Below are positions 36,630 through 50,160 of a stretch of DNA of 64,000 bases, in pieces. Source of the stretch: Felis catus (Eukaryota). A program made the position numbers and the translations under genes. Under the pieces are notes generated by a model that saw nothing but the letters and a program-made list of their open reading frames with translations, searched no databases and was not told where the DNA came from. The stretch's first letter is position 1. Each line of letters starts with the position of its first letter. The DNA is taken from the NCBI RefSeq assembly GCF_018350175.1, contig NC_058368.1:122700001-122764000 (forward strand), written 5' to 3'.

Positions 36630-36846
36630 TTTTTTTTTAAGTTTCATTTATTTATTTTGAGAGAGAGCACATGTGCACAAGAGCAGGGATGGGCAGAGAG
36701 AGAGAGGAGGAGAGAGAGGAATCCCAGGTTCCATGTTGTCAGCTACAGAGCCAGATGTGTGGCTCGAACCCACAAACCGCAAGACCATGACCTGAGCTGA
36801 AATCAAGAGTCCAACTCTCAACTGACTGAGCCACCCAGGTGCCCCC
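36630..36846 (-). mobile_element. CanSINE
   Basis: Flanks ccattttgactttt / ccattgttactttt. Confidence 0.92.
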
Positions 36847-38169
36847 CCATTGTTACTTTTTTAAGTATTCAGTAAAAAAGGGATCTATAACCCAGTGTGA
36901 CCAGATGCCCCAGCAAAGTCTCTATTCACCCATCAGCAACTTGCAGTTTCATTCATTTCTCTTACAAATATACTAACATCACAAATAGATATACAAAACT
37001 ACATAGAAGCCACTTTTCCTATTTATTCTTTTTCTATGTTTTCTGTCTAGGTGCCAGGCATGTTCTTCCTCTTCCCCAAATCTCCTCTTCCACGGCCTCC
37101 CCATCTTGATGACTTCAACTTCCCTTCTCTCCAAGACCATCCCCTATGGACCCTCCATATCCCTTTCCTTATGAGGTTCTTGGCTTCTCCTGTTTTTTTT
37201 TATCTTTATATGCATTTCTCTGCTCAATAAATGGCACCTCTCCAGGAGTCCAGTGGGACCTTGTGTTTTTCTTGCCATAATCATTATATTTGATGTTTTT
37301 TTAATCTTCGAAAGCAGAAGAATATAGAATTAGACTTTGTCTTTTCTTCTATGGAATTTTCCAGCTGTATCAGTTTATAATTCCTGATAATTTTTTTAAA
37401 ACATGAGGACAGACTCTAGCCTGCCTTTTAAAGGTAGAAGCAGAGGGAGCCAGGTCTGTCCTGGGAGAAAGGACTTGCTCCGCCTGTATAGGGAGCTATG
37501 AGAAGGGTTATCAGTAGGTCATCTAGCTTTGTGAGGAGGAGTAGATGCCAGGCTCAGTAAGTCTGGTTTCCGCCTGTGTCCCAGGAATTTCTTTTTATGA
37601 AAACTCAAAGAGCTAATTCTTAGGTGCTGTTGGATTCTGGACTCCTGTGATTAAATTCTCAAGGCCTCCTACTGAGATTAAAATTGGAGGATTAGGTCCT
37701 CTTGAAATACCACCCTGGGTGGGCTCAGTTTGTGGATAGTTATAGCTACATGAAGAAAAAGAGTGAACTAAAATAGTTTTATTAATTCTCCAAATCAGGC
37801 CAAGAGAAAATTTCTGAGGCTTACATGTCCAGATCTTAATAAGCAAGTGCTGTCTTTTGGTTGAATTTAAGTAGCTGTATCTAATTTACTCTGTTGTAAT
37901 TTCCTTGTTTATTCCCTTGGAGCCTAACATACTCTCAGGCTTCTTAGCATGAGCATTGCAAACCTTTCCCTTCAAACCCATAGTAGTGGGGGAGGGGCAG
38001 AGGAGGGATGGCTTCTTTGCTGTGACCTGGTCATTTTTTTCTTAGATTCCTGAGAATCTGAGCAGTGGAGAAAAGGCAGGGGTGGGGGTGGGTAGGGTTA
38101 ATTTAAATACATATGAGATTGCTCAAATCCTTTTTAGAATATTGGATATATAAATATATATGTATATAT

Positions 38170-38348
38170 ATTTTTAATGTTTTTTCATCTTTGAGAGAGT
38201 ATGAGTGGGGGAGGGGCAGAAAGAGGGGAACAGAAGAACTGAAGCAGGCTCTGTGCTGATAGCAGTGAGGGGGCTGGAACTCATGAACTGTGAGATCAAG
38301 ACCTGAGCTGAAGTCAGACGCTCAAATGACTGAGCCACCTTGGCACCT
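38170..38348 (-). mobile_element. CanSINE
   Basis: gaactcatgaactgtgagatcaagacctgagctgaagtcag core. Confidence 0.9.
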
Positions 38349-38413
38349 GGGAAATATGTTTGATATAGAGTTTACTTTTATGGAAGGGAGATAATTCAGG
38401 AGTGAAAAGAGAA

Positions 38414-38952
38414 TGAAAGGGAGCAAAATAAACACTTCAAATATGCCTCTTTGGCATATTGATTTTATTGAGCTGTTTTTGAGAGGTTGCAGACATAGAA
38501 GAATGTGAAAACCACATAGAAGTTACCCTTTTGTAAGACACTTTTACATTTATAAGGGAAGTCTGTAAGGGTGTCTCCCTCTCTGTGCCAAGAAGGGGGG
38601 GGGGGGATGACCAAATCTCTATGACCTCTCGTCAGTAGACAAGGCATGGCTTTAAATCTGCATAATAACCACACCCATGCTTGCTGTGCTTTACTTGAAA
38701 ACTTCCCATAACTAGCCTTCCCACCCTTTATCTCCAAAGTGAAGCATCTTTCTTTTGTCTTTAGCTGGAGGTATTTAATTCTGGCACATTACTCAGTTTT
38801 ACTGGGTATCTCCCAAGTATACAGAAGGTACACATGTAACTAAACTGCTTGCTTTTCTCCTGTCAATCTTTTATGATAGGGGGTAGGGGTAAGGGTGGGG
38901 TCTTAGCCGAGAACCTAGAATGGTAGGTGGGAAAAATTTCCCCTCCCTTATA
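38414..38952 (+). mobile_element. MER34-like ERV1 solo LTR
   Basis: aaatatgcctctttggcatattgattttattgagctg start; gaacctagaatggtaggtgggaaaaatttcccctccctta end. Confidence 0.75.
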
Positions 38953-41900
38953 GCAGGAGCAATGGAGGGAAGAAGACCATGAAGATATTTTTATATATTT
39001 TGGAGAATAACAAGATAATTAGGAACTAGATTAAGAAGATTGAATTTAGAGAAAATGAAAGTCTGAGCTAAAATGATGGAGGTTGGATGATATTTGGGGC
39101 ATGTGAGGATAATAGCCTGGACTCAGTTTGATGATAATCCACACAGGGTTCTAAGTTGTTCCCATCTTGGAAAGAAGCATCTCACCCACTGGTAACATCT
39201 TATATTTGTAAAGTGGTTTCCATTTATGGAGTACTTGTTAAGCAGATAGTAATGTTTCTCAGGTGTGCAGGGCAAGTGCATTACAATCCCCATCTGGTAG
39301 CTCCTCTTGGTTACACAGAATTGGATGAAGGGAGGTACAAGTGGAAGCACTGTGAGACACAGGTTTTCCTACTTGGTCTACAGCATTCCTGCCCAGAGAA
39401 GTCTGGACCTCAACATTTTCCAACTGCAGGAACAATAGTTGGTGCTCATTTTTTAATGTGCAGTTCTGAGTTCCCTCTGCTGGAGGCCACAGAAGTATGT
39501 TTATACTTCTGTAAATTAGGAGGAGCTCAGTCTTCAGGGGGTGCAAGGGATAGTTGTGAATTTTGGTATACAAAGAGTTGCAACAATCACCCCTTCTCTT
39601 CCCTGGAGATGATTGTAATTCTCACGAATAGCTCAAAACATAATGCCTCCACCAGCATCTCTATTTATTATATATTAGACTGGATTTTTAAGCACTATCT
39701 GCTTCTTTTTAAAAATTGTATGTGGTCTATGGCTAAAACAAGGAGGAGAGTTCAGGGCTCTTGGGTTCGAATGGAGAAGGGAAGAAAATCATGCATCCTC
39801 CATGGTTTTGATGGTAGTGATTCTGCTTCCTATGACAAGCAAAATTTTTCCATTCCACAGTCCTTAGATAATATACAGTAAGTCATTTAATTTGCATAGA
39901 ACTCAGCAGTTGTATTTTCTCCACTTTTTCAACCATGGAAACCAAGTCTCAGAGAAAAAATATTAATTTGATCAAGAGCACATGATCTGAGCAAAGAAGA
40001 GCTAGGCTTTAAAGCTCAGTCCAAAGACACCAAAGGTCCTATTCTTTACCATTTTACACTTCTGCCAGTGCAGAATACATCAGCCATTACTACCCTGCTC
40101 CCAGCTGCAGGGACTAACGGGAAGGGAGTGTCACAAAGGTCTCCTGCTCTGATAATTGCTCCTAAGTAGTTACCAGTCCTCTCCACCCCACTTGGGTTGT
40201 TTTGTTTTGTTTGGAGAGGGGGAGGAGGTCCTGTCTGTCTGCCAACTTCTTTATTCCTCAGAAGTGATAGATCTTGGGATTCCAGTTTAAACTTCAGTTT
40301 GGAGAAATCTGAGCCCAGTGAAGCATGTCATGGCCACGTCAGGGTGGGTTTTTTCATTCTTTCTTTTTCTTTCTTTTTTTCCCTTAGCCAAGCAGAGTTG
40401 AATGGACGGGCTCTTGGCAACCTCATCATATCTATTATGTTGTGATCATTATTTAAACAAATGGTATTCACTAGGGTCCAAGTCCAAGGGACGGGACACA
40501 GAGAAGGCTTTTAATCAGTCAGCTGGACTGCTCTTCTCTTTTCATGAGTCTTTTGTGTTCCCTGAGGATCCTTCAAGTGTGGAGCCGTTCACAAAGGAAT
40601 GAGATGGACACAGCTATTGTCTGGGGTGGGACATCCAATCAGTCCCCTTTGCCCTTTTGCAGATGTCTTGATCCTTTTGACGATTTTCTGTCTCTATTCA
40701 AATAAAAAAGTGGGGTTGAAACCTCCAACACACTTTTCAGATCCTGGGGATGCAGAAATGGCAAGAGTCAGGTGCAGGTGTTTTATAAGGTCAGGCTTGA
40801 TAAAGTATCAAGGAGGTACACCGTGTAGGTGCTCAGATTTACACAACAGAGAAGAAATGGGTGTTGAAGAATGCTGACTCTGCAACGGTGTGCCTTGGTT
40901 CCAATAATTATGCAAGTGATCTTGAAAAATGCCTCAACCTAGCAAGACTTAGATCCTTTGTCTATAAATAGGGACAATAATTATAGTAATTTCATTGCAT
41001 TGACTAGAGGATTACATGGAAGATTGTATGTAGCTTGCTTATTGGCATATTTTGAGCTTTTATTAAACTCTCACTTTTATAATTACAGCTAAAGATAGAT
41101 ATATGGAGGGCACTGGCCCTGGGTCCTGGAAAGGGAAAAATTATAGAATATTTCAAGCCCAAGTATTGGGAATTGGACTTGGTTTTGGAGAATAAAGACA
41201 TCTGCAATTTATCTTTTTACTTTAGGTGCAACATTAGTAAGGATTTTACTAATCTGAAAGTTGTCAGCGAAACGACACTGGTTTACACACTGATGATCAA
41301 GCATAAGTTCCAAAGCCACATTCCAACAGAATAATAGTATAGGATTTTTTAAAATTATCTCTCTGAACCCTGTTAAAGAAAAGGGGGGGTTGGCTCTTTC
41401 ATTTAATGTATTTCAAAAACTCGGCATATTTGGCAATTCCTAATGAACAGTACCATAGAGGCTCTGAGCAGGCCTGCATAAAAATAACATAATCCAGCAT
41501 TAACCAAATACATTTGAATATAAAGTGTCTGTTGTTGTTTCTATGGTTGTTTGGAGTCAGGAAACAGAAGGGTGCACGTACTGAAACCCTGAAAAACAGA
41601 GGTCTGTGTTGCTCTGCTCTCTGGTTATTCCCAAGAACGGGGTTGGCTGCAAGCTGGTTCACCCAGATGTGTGCCATGAGAGCAGGTGTTTGCATGCAGG
41701 GCATCCAGTCCATCAAAAAATGTCCTTTGCAACAAATATGATGACACCAGGCGTTGCTTTAAAGTGGTGGATGTTAAGGACAGTAATTCTGAGGACTCGG
41801 GAGCTAAGAAGTCTTAATGGGTAGAACCAGCATGGGTAAGTACTTTATCATGATATCGGGACCTTGCAGTAAAGTATGGATTTTAATTAGTGGCATTCCC

Positions 41901-42247
41901 AAGATATTTTCATTATCAACTTGCTTCTAAAAACATATTAAGACTTTACTCACTCCAACTCTTTCCTACTGTAGTATACAGAGTGTATGAAAGTTCAGGG
42001 CATTACGTAGAACTGAGAATGTTATAGAGTATGCTTCAGACAGGGGAAAAGAAGGAGGGGCAAGGAAGGAAGCTGGAGAGAGAAAATGGTGAAGCTATGG
42101 TCTCTCAAGTATATATATAAAAAATGTATATATATAAATATATATGTTTGACAGAGTATATATTTAGAAATATATATGTTTGAGAGAATACATATAAGTA
42201 CATACACACACATGCACAGTATGTAATGATTAAAATATTATCCTTAT

Positions 42248-42435
42248 GGGGCGTCTATGTGGCTAAGTTGGTTATGCGTCCGACCTCAGGTAAGGTCATG
42301 ATCTCATGGTTGGTGAGTTTGAGCCCTGAATCAGCCTGCTTCGGATCCTCTGTCTCCCTCTGTCCCTGCCCCTTCCCTGCTCGCATGCCGTCTCTCTCTC
42401 TCTCTCTCTCAAATAAATAAACATTTAAAAAATTT
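42248..42435 (+). mobile_element. CanSINE
   Basis: Head, core and tail; atccttat on both sides. Confidence 0.9.
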
Positions 42436-44764
42436 ACCATCCTTATAACAAATCAGTAGCCGTACTTTTAGATTTATCTAAACATGTAATTTGGGGTTTG
42501 GGGGAGTGGCAAAACTCTAAAGATAGCTGCTGAAAATTTCAATTTTTAAAACATATTTATAGTTATATAACTGTGGATTAAAATTTGCTATGAGAAAGTT
42601 TTCATGAATTATTTAGCATCTCTTAGGGCACTGGCACTAGATCATGAGAACTTCCTAATTCTGAACTTCTTGGGTCTGAGCCCACCCACTCAGTCTAATG
42701 TATTGGGCCTTGGGAAATTTCTTTCTATATTCCTTAGTTTCTTCATCTGTCAACTAAAAATAATAACTGTTTCTGGGTTTTTATGAAATAAAATAATATA
42801 CTATACTATAATATACATTCCCTAATACCAGTCCATATATTGAGGTTAGTGCCATAGCAAAGGTTTCATGAGTATGTAGCAAAATAAGAGAAAGAAGATC
42901 AGTGTCATGAGTGTGAATCAAATTTTGCACAATTTCGAAAATGGAGATATATCCTTTTTACTCTTTGGCTTAAAATCTACTTGACTTTCTAAACTACTTT
43001 TTGGAGGTTTCTCCCTATTTTCTCCCCTCTCTTATTAGGAGGGAAAATCTTTAAGTCCCAGAGCTGGTAAGGTAATGACATGGAACCACTGGGCCCAGCA
43101 CAGATATGAGTCAGTGCCTCCTATGACTTTTGCTTTCTGTGGGAAGTTATCCCTCTGTCTAGCAGAAGAGAGAAAGAGAGAGCTCTTCAGATATAAGTGT
43201 TTTTGGATTAGTCCCTCTCAAAAACAGTGTTTTGAGTGGCTGCCTTGAAGATGTTATTGGTGCCTATGGAATCAAATAAAGTGAACTGCTCACAAGGTGT
43301 GGCCTCATTAGCACTGAACTCCTACAGACAGAACAGCCAGCAGAACTGGAAGAGAGCCATTGGGCTTTCTTTTCCAAATGTCTCTGGCTGCATCACACAG
43401 CCGATACCTACTGATCTCCTGTTAGTCATTGTTTGGCATTTTCTGTGTCTCTTCTGTCCTCTATTCATGCTAATTTCTGCAGGCTTACTCCTTAATTCAT
43501 TTAACAGACATTCACTGGGGTCTTCTGTTAATCAGGTATCATGCTGCATATTTTAAATGCTTCATTATCTCATTTAACTCTCACAACAGTTTAGTGATCC
43601 AGGCATTATCTTCATCCTCAATTTTCACAACTCAGGAAATGAAACTCAGATGGCTGTGTGCCATGCAAGCTCCGTTTAGCAAGAGAGTCACTTAGCTGGG
43701 TTCAAGCCCAGGTGTCTCATGGTCACAACATGGACCATGGAAATATAAGCTCTTTTGTACAGCAGGGAGACTGTATGGTGGCAACATTAAAAGCAAGGAC
43801 TTTGGAAATATACAGACCTGACATTGTTTTTAGTTTGTTTCAAAAATCGGGACAAAAATTGGGCCTAATTTTAAGGTTGCTGCCATGATTAAGTTAAATG
43901 CTGTATATAAATTCTTGGAGCCTAGTAAGGTTTTATGAAAAGGTGATGTCAGTAATAACGTTAACATTAGTAATTGGACAGTGCCTTGTGTTGTAGGAGT
44001 CTTTCCGGGAAATGAGAAAATACATAGACAATGTGAAGTAAAGCCGGAAGTTTGGGTGGTGGGTTCAAAGTTGTGTGGAAGGCTTGAAGGATTATCATCA
44101 CAGGTGAAAAGATGATTTTAAGTGGGTTCCAATATGGTGAGTGAAGCCTTCCTCACTGAGTCCATGCTGGCCTGGTGGGCCCTAGGGCCTTAGACATAGA
44201 GTTCTAGTTGTCTCTGTCAGCCATGTTTGCTGAGCTTTGCCCCACTCCTGCAGGGGAGGGAAATGACCAATGAGGGATGAGGTTCACATAGCTAAGACCT
44301 TGTGAAAGTAGTCTGTGGGGATGAAGAGCTGAGCCAGGCCCGAGCGGGAACCCTCCACACTGGCTGTCTGGTTTGTGTTGAGAAGTTCAGTCAGTCTCTG
44401 ATTACCTTGGCTACAAACCCTTTCTCACAATGGTCCAGGAACGGAAAGATTAGGACTCTTCTGGCAGCTGCTGGCATGTTCTGAACCACAAGTTTTGAGT
44501 TCACTCCAAGACTGGGAATCAACTACCCAATGGGGTGTATGAGGAGGGGATTTCACATGGGCAAGAACCTGAAAGGGGGAAATTGCTATGGAAGGAAATG
44601 AGATCATGGCTCCTGCAGCATAGCATTTCCTCCAGACTAGGGGACTGGGGCGACAGTTTAGATATCTTTAGAAACTAAAATCCACTATTATGATGAGCAT
44701 TTAGAAGCTGGAAAAATTTAAGAAGCATGTCATGTTTGTTATCATTTATTTGCATACATTTTCT

Positions 44765-44970
44765 TTCTTTTTTTTTTTTTTTAAGTGGATTTATTTGTTT
44801 TGAGAGAGAGAGAGAGAGGGAGGGAGGGGCAGAGAGACAGAATCCCAAGGAGGTTCCACACCAGCAGCACAGAACCTGATGCACGGCTTGATCCCATGAA
44901 CCGTGAGATCATCACTTGAGTTGAAAACCATGAGTCAGAAGCTTAACCGACTGAGCCACCCAGGGGCCCC
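44765..44970 (-). mobile_element. CanSINE with TSD
   Basis: Flanks tgcatacattttc / tgcacacattttc. Confidence 0.93.
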
Positions 44971-45284
44971 TGCACACATTTTCAGTGTAGACAAAGCATC
45001 TAAGTTCCTCTAACTTCTTCAGAGGATGACTCGTTTCTCTTGGTTCTGATCTTGGGTGATGTTATCTGAGAGGATTGAGGGGCAATGTGCCTAATTTTAA
45101 TGGATTCTCTTGCATTTCTCGTACATTTATACATATACCCTAAATAAACAGGTTAATTATAAGTTATTGAGTATCTAACAACTGCATTGTCGTATATAAA
45201 TACATGTATATATGGCAATGTATTTATGTATATTGCCATATATACGCACATACATGCATACATACATACATGCATGCATATACT

Positions 45285-47730
45285 TAACCTCTTACTTTGG
45301 AATAATTATAAGTCCATAGAAAGTTGTAAAGATAGTACAAAGAGGTTCCCGGGTACACTTCATCTAGTTCTTTCCAGTGATTACATCTTGTCTAACTATA
45401 GCACAATATCAAAGTCACAAAAATGGCATTGGTACAAGGTACAGTTCCATGTAATTTGTTACATGTATAGGTTGGTGCAAGGAGTCCTGACTCAAGATAC
45501 AGAACTATCTCATCACCACAGATTTTCCTTACGTTATGCCTTCAGGCTTACACTCATCCCTATCCCTCCACCGTCGCTAATCCCTGGCAACCATTAACTT
45601 GTTCCCCATCGCTACAATTTTGACGTTCTGAGAATGTTATATAATTAGACTCATATAGGTTTTTTTCATTTTTCACTCATTTCACTCATTTTTCACTCAG
45701 CACAAGGCCCTTGACAAGCACCCATATCAGTATCTCACTAGCGTTTATGGCTAATAGTCTATGATATGGCTGTACTACAGTTTGCTTAAGCAAATTGTCC
45801 TTTTGAAAGGATTTTCACATTGGGAAATTGCAAATAAAGCTGCTATGAACAATAATGTACAGGATTCATTTGGATATAAGTTTTCATTTCTCTGGAGTAA
45901 ATGCCCAAGGTTTTTGGGTTGTATGGCAAGTGCATGGATAGTTTTAAGAAAGCACCCAACTCTTTTCCAGAATGGCTATACCACTTTATATTCCTACTAG
46001 CATTAGATGAAAGATCCCCTTTCTCCACATGTTTACGGTATTTGGTATTGTCACTATTTTTTCATTTTAACCATTCTAATAGGTATGGAGTGACATCTTA
46101 TCATAGTCTTAATTTGTATTCCCACCAGCTGTATTGCCACATTTACATAGCCTTATTGAGTTGTAATTCACATACCATATAATTCACACTTTTAAAATAA
46201 TTCAATGGCTCCTAGTTTATTCACAGAGTACTGCATCCCTCACCATAACAATTTTAGAGTATTTTTATTATCCCCAAAGAAACCCCTTGCTTTTTAACCA
46301 TTCACCCTCCAAACTTCCATCCCACCCTCAGCCCTAGGTAACCACTAATCTATTTATCATCTCTAAAGATTTGCCTATTCTGGACTTTAAAAAAATTTTT
46401 TTTTAAATCTTTATTTATTTTTGAGAGAGAGAGCGCAAGCAGGGGAGGAACAGAGAGAGGAGACACAGAATCTGAAGCGGGCTCCAGGCTCTGAGCTGTC
46501 AGCACAGAGACCGACGGGGGGCTCAAACTCATGAACAGTGAGATCCTGACCCGAGCCGAAGTCGGATGCTGAACCGATTGAGCCACCCTGGTGCCCCTGG
46601 ACTTCTTACATAAATGGAATCATACAATTTTTGGTCCTTTCTGACGGGCTTCTTTCACTTAGCTTAATGTTTACAAGGTCTATCCATGTTGTAGCACATA
46701 TTACTGCTTCATTATTGCCAAATAGTGCTCCAATGTATGGTTACATCATATTTTACTTATCCATTCATCAGTTGCTAGATATTTGGGTGGATCCACTTTT
46801 TCGCTATTATTTATAATACTGCTACGAATATTCATATGAACATTTTTATGTGAACAAGTTACCGATTCTCTTGGGTATACACCAAGGGATACAATCATTA
46901 GGTTATATGGTAACTATATGTTTAACCATTTGAGGAATTGCAGACTTTTCCAAAATGGCTGCACCAATTTACACTCCCACCAGTAGTGTATAAAAGCTCC
47001 ACTTTCTTCATGTTCTTGCCAACAGTTGTTGTTGTTGTTGTTGTTGTTGTTGCTGTTGTTCTCCTTCTTCTTCTTCTTCTTCTTCTTCTTCTTCTTCTTC
47101 TTCTTCTTCTTCTTCTTCTTCTTCTTCTTTTGATTGGAGTCATCCTACCAGGTATAAAGTAGTAACCCATTGTGATTTACATTTCCCTGATGTCTAGTGA
47201 TGGTGAGCATCTTTTTGTGTTTTATTAGCCATTTATGTATCTTCTTTAGTGAACTATTTAGATCCTTTGCTCACTTTCTAAATATTTTTTATTACTGAGT
47301 TGAAAGATTTCTTTATATCTCCCTTATCAGATATATGATTTTCCAAATTTTCTCTTATTCTGTGGGTTGTCTCTTCACTTTCTTGGGAGTGTCTTTTGAG
47401 GCAAAAAAGTTTTGAATTTTGATCATCTTCAGTTTAACTATTTTTTGTTCTTGCTTATGCTTTCAGTGCCTTATCCGTATCAGTGCCATATTTTGGTGCC
47501 TAATCCAAGAGTATGAAGATTTACACCTTCCTTCTAAGACTCTCACAGTTTTAGCTCTTACATTTAGGTCTATGATATATTTTGAATTAATTTTGGTTTA
47601 GGGTGTGAGGTCCAAATTCATTCTTTTGCATATAGATATCCAGCTGTTCCAGCACTGTCTGTTAAAAAGACTATTTCCCCTCTATTTAATTGTTCTGGTA
47701 CTCTTATCAAAAATGAATTGATTGGATGCT
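45285..47730 (-). mobile_element. Two adjacent old L1 (L1M) fragments with a SINE at 46390-46597
   Basis: L1 3' UTR motifs at 45290-46130 and 46150-47730; SINE TSD ctggactt. Confidence 0.85.
47025..47129. repeat. (GTT)9 GCT (GTT)2 CTC (CTT)22 compound trinucleotide repeat
   Basis: Read directly; lies inside an old L1. Confidence 0.97.
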
Positions 47731-48427
47731 ATATTTTTTAGAGTTGTTTTTTTCTATCCCCAATCTCCAGTTCCTGAGAACTAAGCAATTTAAGCTTCCA
47801 AAGGATGAACTAATGCCTGATCTAAAGCCCCAGGAGCAACAACTTTCAAAGCTGTCAAGAGTCACTCATCCTTTATCTTAAATGAGATCCAGACACTTTT
47901 TAGAGAGCAACTTCAGATAGGGATGAGAGAAAATAGAGTCCAGTGGCTTTGGGTCACTGGAGGGGAAAAGGGGAAAAGGACAAAGAGACAGAGAATACAT
48001 AACAATCTCAAAGGTCAACCTTCCTTCTTTTCAGTTGTACTTTAATTAGTCTTGGGTTTTGATTGTTTGGTCTCCCTCTGTTCTCCACCGACTATAATAT
48101 AGCCTCACTCTGGTTAAAAATGTAGGATTTTGCGTCAGACAATCGTGGGCTCAAATCTCAGATGTTTTGTTATTTTGCTATTTCCTTTGTTATTTCCTAC
48201 TTGTTTGATCTCCTTGACTTCAGTTTCTTCATTAGAAAATTGGGAGAGTGATTATGTCTACCTCAAAGGATCAGTGAGTATACATAGCACAGTGCCATGT
48301 TATCTTTAAACTATTATCTATTATTATTTTCTCTATCCAAAATAAAATTTATTTGTCCCCTGTTCCATTTCCTTGGATCCTGCCCTATAAGATAAGCTAC
48401 TAATATGATTTTTAAAAATCCTCCTGA

Positions 48428-48962
48428 ATACTGATGCATAGGGGCACCTGTACCCCAATGTTTATAGCAGCACTCTCAACAATAGCCAAATTATGGAAAG
48501 AGCCTAAATGTCCATCAACTGATGAATGGATAAAGAAATTGTGGTTTATATACACAATAGAGTACTATGTGGCAATGAGAAAGAATGAAATATGGCCCTT
48601 TGTAGCAACATGGATGGAACTGGAGAGTGTTATGCTAAGTGAAATAAGCCATACAGAGAAAGACAGATACCATATGTGTTCACTATTATGTGGATCCTGA
48701 GAAACTTAACAGAAACCCATGGGGGAGGGGAAGGAAAAAAAAAAAAGAAGATTAGAGTGTGAGAGGGCCAAAGCATAAGAGACTCCTAAAAACTGAGAAC
48801 AAACTGAGGGTTGACAAGGGGGGTGGGAGGGAGGAGAGGGTGGGTGATGGGTATTGAGGAGGGCACCTTTTGGGATGAGCACTGGGTGTTGTATGGAAAC
48901 CAATTTGACAATAAACTTCATATATTGACAAAAAAAATAAATAAATAAAAAATAAAAATAAA
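48428..48962 (+). mobile_element. Young 5'-truncated feline L1
   Basis: Open ORF2p C-terminus (TCTPMFIAALSTIAKLWKEPKCPSTDEWIKK), 3' UTR, A-tail; perfect 15-bp TSD taaaaatcctcctga at 48413-48427 and 48963-48977. Confidence 0.96.
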
Positions 48963-49221
48963 TAAAAATCCTCCTGACCTCTTAGTAAATTTGAAATATT
49001 TTTCTTTGGGGGGAGTTGACAAGATTCAATTCACTTCATGCTTTAATTTTTTGATACACTACAAAGCTGTATTATATTTACGATTTGGGAGTTTTAAGGG
49101 TCTTTAAGTCATACTAAGCCTCTGTTAACATGTGATAGAAAAGATAAAAGTCCAGAAATCGGTAAAACTCTATGGCCCCTCCACTTACTCCTACGATCAT
49201 AGGCAAGTTGTTTACTTTGTT

Positions 49222-49433
49222 GGGGCACCTGGGTGGCTTAGTCGGTTAAGGATATGACTGTTGATTTTGGTTCAGGTCATGATCTCATGATTTTGTGAGT
49301 TTGAGCCCCGCGTTGGGGTCTGTGCTGACCACACGGACCTACTTGGGATTGTCCCTCTCTCTCTGTCCTTCCCTTCACTCATACTCTCTCTGTCTCTCTC
49401 AAAATAAATAAATAAACTTAAAAAAAAAAAAAA
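49222..49433 (+). mobile_element. CanSINE inserted in a MIR
   Basis: Full body; MIR-like ggcaagtt... / ...gtaaagtggggataa flanks. Confidence 0.92.
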
Positions 49434-49985
49434 GCCTCACTGTCACTACTTGTAAAGTGGGGATAAAATATCAGCCTGGAGTATTGTATGGAGCTGCTAT
49501 GACATTCAAAGGAGGTAAAAAGTGTGCAGAGCTTTCAAAGTGATGAAGTTTGCTCTGTCAGATGATTTTATGATTTCATTGAAATATGGAGCAAAATGAA
49601 TTCCGTGACAAACCACCAATATTAAATGTTTTTATTATTTTTCATTAATATTGTACTACAGTATTGGTAGCCTTGAGAGATATAAAATGGACAGTACAGT
49701 TAAAAGTTTTAGCTATGAAACCAACGGAGGAGTCAAATACAGAAAAAAATAGTTGTCAGTCAAGATTCTAAGATGAAAGAAAAAGATTCTAAGATGTTTT
49801 GAAGGGTTAGTGTTTTTTGCATTCTTTTCTGAAAGCTTAGTGGGCTGGCTCTCTCAAAGCTTCCTTTTTTAGTGGTATTATCTTTGAAAACGGAAAAAGA
49901 ATTCAAGTTATAATTTTAGGGGCCTTAATTTTAAGGCCAAAATAATGGTCCCACAGGCTCTGGTCATTTAAGAAATTTGATACAC

Positions 49986-49990
<5 letters not shown>

Positions 49991-50023
<33 letters not shown>
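49991..50023. repeat. (TG)n microsatellite
   Basis: Read directly. Confidence 0.95.
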
Positions 50024-50025
<2 letters not shown>

Positions 50026-50049
50026 TAACAGTAAACTTATTTCAAACTA

Positions 50050-50160
50050 TTTTTTTAATTTGGTTTTTAAATTTCAGTATAATTAATGTACAGTGTTTTA
50101 TTACTTTCAGGTGTATAATACACAATTCCATACATTACTCAGTGCTCATCATGATAAGTC
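50050..50160 (-). mobile_element. Carnivore L1 3' end fragment
   Basis: ttcagtataattaatgtacagtg...tttcaggtgtata...ctcagtgctcatcatgataagt. Confidence 0.8.

Noticed and set aside
46922..47170. Poly-Arg/poly-Leu ORFs
   Set aside because: Produced by the (CTT)n/(GTT)n microsatellite
48434..48700. 88-aa ATG-initiated ORF
   Set aside because: C-terminal piece of L1 ORF2p in a truncated insertion, not a host gene
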